Shown: piece by piece, positions 33,607 to 38,115 of the stretch | Layout: the number at the start of each line of letters is the position of its first letter | Position numbering within the stretch: position 1 is the first letter of the stretch | Source: Octopus bimaculoides | Taxonomy: Eukaryota | Direction: 5' to 3' | Length of the DNA stretch: 38,115 nucleotides | NCBI RefSeq assembly: GCF_001194135.2 | Contig: NC_069004.1 | Coordinates: 1,771,696-1,809,810 of the forward strand | Notes under the pieces: model-generated | Database searches by the model: none | Seen by the model: only the letters and a program-made list of their open reading frames with translations | Told to the model about the DNA's origin: nothing | Translations under genes and position numbers: made by a program

Positions 33607-35569
33607 AATGTCTGTCTATAATTATATCTTTAATTTGTTGCTGTCATTGGAGGTAGTGGCAGCTCGTGTATCGGCACTGCAACCATGTCGTTGAGGTTCT
33701 TTATTGTAACGTAAGCAAATACAGTCAGGTAAGCAGTATGCACAGCTCCCATAGGATTATGTAATGTGTTACGCAACTCCCAGTTCATCAGGCAAAGCAA
33801 ATAAATAAGTGTGCGATGACATCCTGATTAATCGACAGATCAGCAACTCGTGAAATTTCTAATCAGAATTACCAACATTTCAGAAATGTCAGGCGGAGAG
33901 GACAGCAAACTGTCAATCAACAAGGGTGCATAACATAGTGATGTTGTAAATTAAAGAACAATTAAAGGCAGTTGAAAGCATTTCTATTCCAAAGAGGTCA
34001 TTAAAATTAGTAACTTCATTTATAAAGACTTGTAGTGGCAGATAGCAGGCGCCAAACAAGACACGTGACCCTATCAAAACATATCTGAAGAACAGCTGCT
34101 GACTTTATTCCAATAAAAACATTTACAGTGTTATATTGTTTTAAACTGTTTTGATGTTAATTACATTAAGGAGTGGTATGGTTGATAAATTCCAGAATTT
34201 CTTAGCCGCTCGCTTAATTAATCTTAATAAAAGTGCTCTGATTAATTATTACAAGACTAAAAGAATATTAGCAAATTAGCTAGTTAGAAAGAAAATCTCA
34301 GTAAGAGATGAAAGCAGTAAATATACTGAGAAGTCATGTTTATCACCATTTCCACATGGCTGTTCCGTAGGAACTGATGTCACTACCATTTTAAGCTCAG
34401 GAGGACACCTCCACCGGTTAGTTATTCAATACAATCTGCACCCAATATATATTGCAAACAGGGGAGCAAACCCCTACCATCTTCCAGTGACAGAACCACC
34501 AGACCGTTCAGTTTTGAGCTATTTGTGCTCATCCTCAGTGATGGACACTCATCCACTAGAGTTCACTCCAGCTTGCAATATCTAGAAAAATAAGTGACAA
34601 GCAGTCATTTATCATTGTTGTGTGAACTGCTACACCTGTGATGGTTATTCCTTACACCATTACTATAGATAATTTTGGTGTTTATGCAACTGAGTAGCGT
34701 AATCATCATCATCGTCGTCGTTATCATTTAACATCTGCTTTACAAGCTGGCATGGATTGGACAGTTTGACTAAGGACTGGCAGAGTCAATAATTTAAGTA
34801 CCAGTTGCATACTGAGGTTGAACTAATCGACTGCTCCCCCCTCCCCGCAAAAAAAAAATTTCAGGCCTTGTGCCTAGAGTAGAAAATATCATTAGTTCTA
34901 TCTTTCCTGGTTCATAATTCCCAATCAAACTCTGCAAGTGAGCATCTAGTACTCAGAATAATATCAATTTCTTTGCACGATAAAGAAGAATTTTTAATGG
35001 TTGAACTCAAAGTAGATAAAGCTATAAATAAGAGCACATAACAACTGGATTAAAAAGCATTAGGTTGGAAAAAGCCAGAGGCTGACCATAAGACTCAAAC
35101 CTACATCTTCTGTAAAAATGATTGATGTTCTACCATTGTACCAAAATAATCCTTTTGAATTTTTCTATCCGTTACCAATTTTGGAAACTGCTTTCTTACC
35201 AGCAAGTATTGCTTGTTGTTTATGTCATAGAGATTTAGAAATGAGCAGCCTTTAACTTGTTCTATCCAAAGAGCTTTTAAATCTAATATTTACATAGTAT
35301 TATCGTTAATAGCTCTATCTGCTTCGAGTTCAACCATTAAAAAGGAATTATTTCACATTCTCTTGAAGTTTCTAAAATCTTATGATGTGAACAAAATACA
35401 CACACACACACACACACACACATACACACACATGTATGCATGTATTATGTATGTATGTTTGCATATATGTATGTGTTAATGTATGTATGTATGTATGTAT
35501 GTGTGTATGTATGCATATGTGTATGTATATTCAAACAGATTTACACAGCGTTTCCATACACAAACTTCA

Positions 35570-35697
35570 CTCAGACAGCATTACTCAGGCCAGAGCTTTA
35601 GTAAAAGACTCTTGCCCAAGGTGGCATACAGTGGCACTGAACCTTAAGCCCCACTGTTCCAAACCAAACTTCTCAACCACAACCATGCCTACACCTA
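35570..35697 (-). mobile_element. SINE family B head
   Basis: aagactcttgcccaaggtggcatacagtggcactgaacc..aacttctcaaccacaaccatgcct. Confidence 0.65.
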
Positions 35698-36377
35698 TAA
35701 ATTATATGACACAAAGAAAACAAACATTTATTTCTCTGTGATAAATAGACTCAGTTTTATGAAGACAACAGCTACAGTTATTAGGGCTGCTGAACGGTTA
35801 GATTTTTAAGTGTTGCTTCTTCAAAATTACGAAATCAAGTGAATCTGTTTCTTAAATAAATTTTTCAGCTGTTAAGTCAATAGATACGATGCGAAGAAGA
35901 TATCATCTAATTAAATCCAGTATGTTGATGATGCCAACTGGAGGGATGTAGAATAATGTTTATATATATATATATATATATNNNNNNNNNNNNNNNNNNN
36001 NNNNNNNNNNNNNNNNNNNNNNNNNNNNNNNNNNNNNNNNNNNNNNNNNNNNNNNNNNNNNNNNNNNNNNNNNNNNNNNNNNNNNNNNNNNNNNNNNNNN
36101 NNNNNNNNNNNNNNNNNNNNNNNNNNNNNNNNNNNNNNNNNNNNNNNNNNNNNNNNNNNNNNNNNNNNNNNNNNNNNNNNNNNNNNNNNNNNNNNNNNNN
36201 NNNNNNNNNNNNNNNNNNNNNNNNNNNNNNNNNNNNNNNNNNNNNNNNNNNNNNNNNNNNNNNNNNNNNNNNNNNNNNNNNNNNNNNNNNNNNNNNNNNN
36301 NNNNNNNNNNNNNNNNNNNNNNNNNNNNNNNNNNNNNNNNNNNNNNNNNNNNNNNTGTGTGCGTGTGTGTGTGTGTG

Positions 36378-36650
36378 TGTGGCTTAGTGGTTAGGGTATC
36401 CAGCTTCCAATCATTAAGTCATGAGTTCAATTCCTTGTAGTGCATTGATTCCTTGAGCAAGACACTTTATTTCACATTGCTGCAGTCCATTCAGCTGGCA
36501 AAAATGAGTTGTACCTGTAATACGAATGGGGGGGGGGGCAGCCTTGTCATATTCTGTGTCACGATGAAACTCGCTGAAAACTATGTTAAGGGTACATGTG
36601 TCTGTGGAATACTCAGCCACTTGCATGTTAATTCAATGAGTCTGTTAGTT
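36378..36650 (+). mobile_element. SINE family A copy
   Basis: TGGCTTAGTGGTTAGGG head, GAGTTCAATTCC B-box, ccttgagcaagacactttatttcac and body as at 119-400. Confidence 0.85.
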
Positions 36651-36719
36651 TAGTTAATCAAACAATTGAACATATGTGGTTGAAAAACTCTCAATGTGGT
36701 CTGTTTATTATTTACATTG

Positions 36720-37015
36720 GTGTGTGCGTGCGCGTGCACGTGTGTGTGTGTGCATGTGTGTGTGTGTGTGTGTGCATGTGTGTGTGAGTATGTGTGAGTG
36801 TATGTGTGAATAGGTGTGTGTGTGAGTGTATGTGTGTGAGTATATGTATGTGTGAATGTGTGTATGTGTGTGTTTAAGAGTGTGTGGGTGTGTTTAAGAG
36901 AGCGTGAGTGTGTGTGTGAGTATGTGAGAGTGTATGTGTGTGAATAGGTGTGTGTGTGTGTGTGTGTGAATGTGTGCATGTGCGTATGAGAGAGGGAGTG
37001 CATGCATGTGTGTGG
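36720..37015. repeat. Degenerate (GT)n tract
   Basis: Directly visible. Confidence 0.95.
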
Positions 37016-37474
37016 ATATCTTTGATCAATGCATATCAGCTAAAGATATAAAAGCATTAGTGAGAATCCCCCTCCCCCTCTCCCTCCCTCCCTTACTCCC
37101 TTCCTTTCTCCTTTGACGCAACATTAAAATATATACAAACAAATAAATAAATAGTATATAAAAAGAAAAAAAAAGCAAGAAAAGAAAATATGTTAAACTC
37201 AGAAAAGATTTATGTGCAGACTGAATAACGAAGCTATGTAATTTACATAATAACAGATGCAAAATGACAACTGGGTCAGCCAGGTGAAGGAGATGTCACT
37301 TTGTGAACACCTGCATGGTAGATTAGGCTCTACTAAAAGTGATTACTCACACCTTCGTATACTTTATCATTATTTTCAGTCTCTGTTGAAACCATGGGGC
37401 ATATAAGAAGAGACAGCTGATATTACACTCATAAACCGCACATGGGTAGTTTGGGATGGTTTTTAGGTTTTGTT

Positions 37475-37650
37475 AGGCACAGTTGTGGCTGTGTGGTAAG
37501 AAGTTGGCTTCTCAGCTAAATGGTTTTGTGTTCGGTCCTGCTGTATGGCACCCTGAGCAAACGTCTTCTTTCTTTTACTGTAGCTTCAGGCTCGACTTAT
37601 GTCCTGCAAGTGGACTTGGTCTGATGGAAACTGCAAAAGAAGCCTGTTGT
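37475..37650 (+). mobile_element. SINE family B head
   Basis: ggcacagttgtggctgtgtggtaagaag..ggcaccctgagcaaacgtcttct..gagtggacttggt..tggaaactgcaaaagaagcc-like words. Confidence 0.7.
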
Positions 37651-38115
37651 GTATATAGAGATATACAGTTACAGTGATATAAACACACAAGCATTGCTTG
37701 TCAAGCAGTGATGGGCTGACAAACACACACACCAACACACACATATACAATCTGCATGTGTATATCTCTGTGTGCACACGTGTTAGCCTCCAATGCCAAA
37801 AAGTTCTGTCATCAAAGCAGATCCAATGTCCAGTCAGCGATGCCAAATCACCAGCATCCAAACAGTTACAACCAAAATCTCCTTCCAAAGTCTTCAGGCT
37901 ACATTTTGGCTTCTGGCCCTTTTCTATTTGGGGTCTGTGTCACTCATCCGACTTACCTGGATTTCATACTTTCCCATGATAGAGCAAAATGCTGTTGGGG
38001 GGGGGGACAGTGTTTTTGTTGTTGTTGTTGTTGAAGATGGCCATGATGGTGATAGTTGTGACAGCAGTGGCATTAGTGGTGGTGGTGACGGTGGTGGTGG
38101 TGGTGGTGGTGGAGC

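Larger units (their letters stand above)
1097..34780. mobile_element. Family D retroposon 3' fragments with (GAT/CAT)n tails at ~1097-1255(+), 4185-4400(-), 7030-7420(-), 13890-14062(+), 22615-22735(-), 30640-30750(+), 31600-31790(+), 32270-32320(-), 34700-34780(-); span is only a container
   Basis: Recurrent words aagggcatccagc..agaaac..gtcaaac..tccaacccatgccagcatggaaaa..gacgttaaatgatgatg or their reverse complement. Confidence 0.7.
640..34890. mobile_element. Additional partial family C fragments at ~660-730(+), 5600-5702(-), 7520-7630(+), 8050-8110(+), 16495-16650(+), 22740-22860(-), 30430-30490(+), 34785-34890(+); span is only a container
   Basis: Each contains one or more family C words (gaggtcgacttt, gagttcaaatt, aagtaccag/ac, ggccttgtgcc). 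Confidence 0.65.
10618..36355. other. Assembly gaps at 10618-11053, 14762-15000, 17871-18701, 25328-25773, 28251-28479, 32451-32561, 35982-36355; span is only a container
   Basis: Runs of N, mostly flanked by microsatellites. Confidence 0.99.

Noticed and set aside
10155-36387. Long ORFs containing X runs
   Set aside because: They are open only because they cross N gaps.
1110-37003. Dozens of ORFs of YIYI, CVCV, HTHT, IYLS, poly-I, poly-D or poly-M type
   Set aside because: They are translations of microsatellites and have no coding signal.
19670-38115. Downstream DH-PH (RhoGEF) exons
   Set aside because: I looked by eye and recognised none. Small exons or exons in gaps cannot be excluded without a profile search.

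Overview
AT-rich eukaryotic scaffold with 7 N-gaps and dense microsatellites. The tRNA-headed SINE families look like octopus (coleoid cephalopod) repeats; this is inferred from recall, not a database search. By hand I assembled one + strand multi-exon gene, mostly from exons too short for the ORF track. Ten consecutive coding exons (3123-13220) are phase-consistent and encode a SEC14/CRAL-TRIO-like domain, a spectrin-like helical region and a ~500-aa Ser-rich tail. A stop-containing acidic exon follows at 19461-19598, and at least one phase 2->0 exon is missing between the two blocks. The N-terminus resembles the Dbl-family Trio/Kalirin/MCF2L/PLEKHG4 proteins and SESTD1, but I see no DH-PH (RhoGEF) exon. 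Introns and downstream DNA contain an R4/Dong-like LINE end inside a (TAA)n tract, a Penelope-like RT relic, TTAA-flanked MITEs, a ~200-bp hairpin, many SINEs and simple repeats. Most of the ORF track is microsatellite or N-gap artefact. I found no CRISPR, rRNA or true tRNA, and no clearly new biological system. The best leads are the apparently GEF-less gene and its unusual splice and 5' features.
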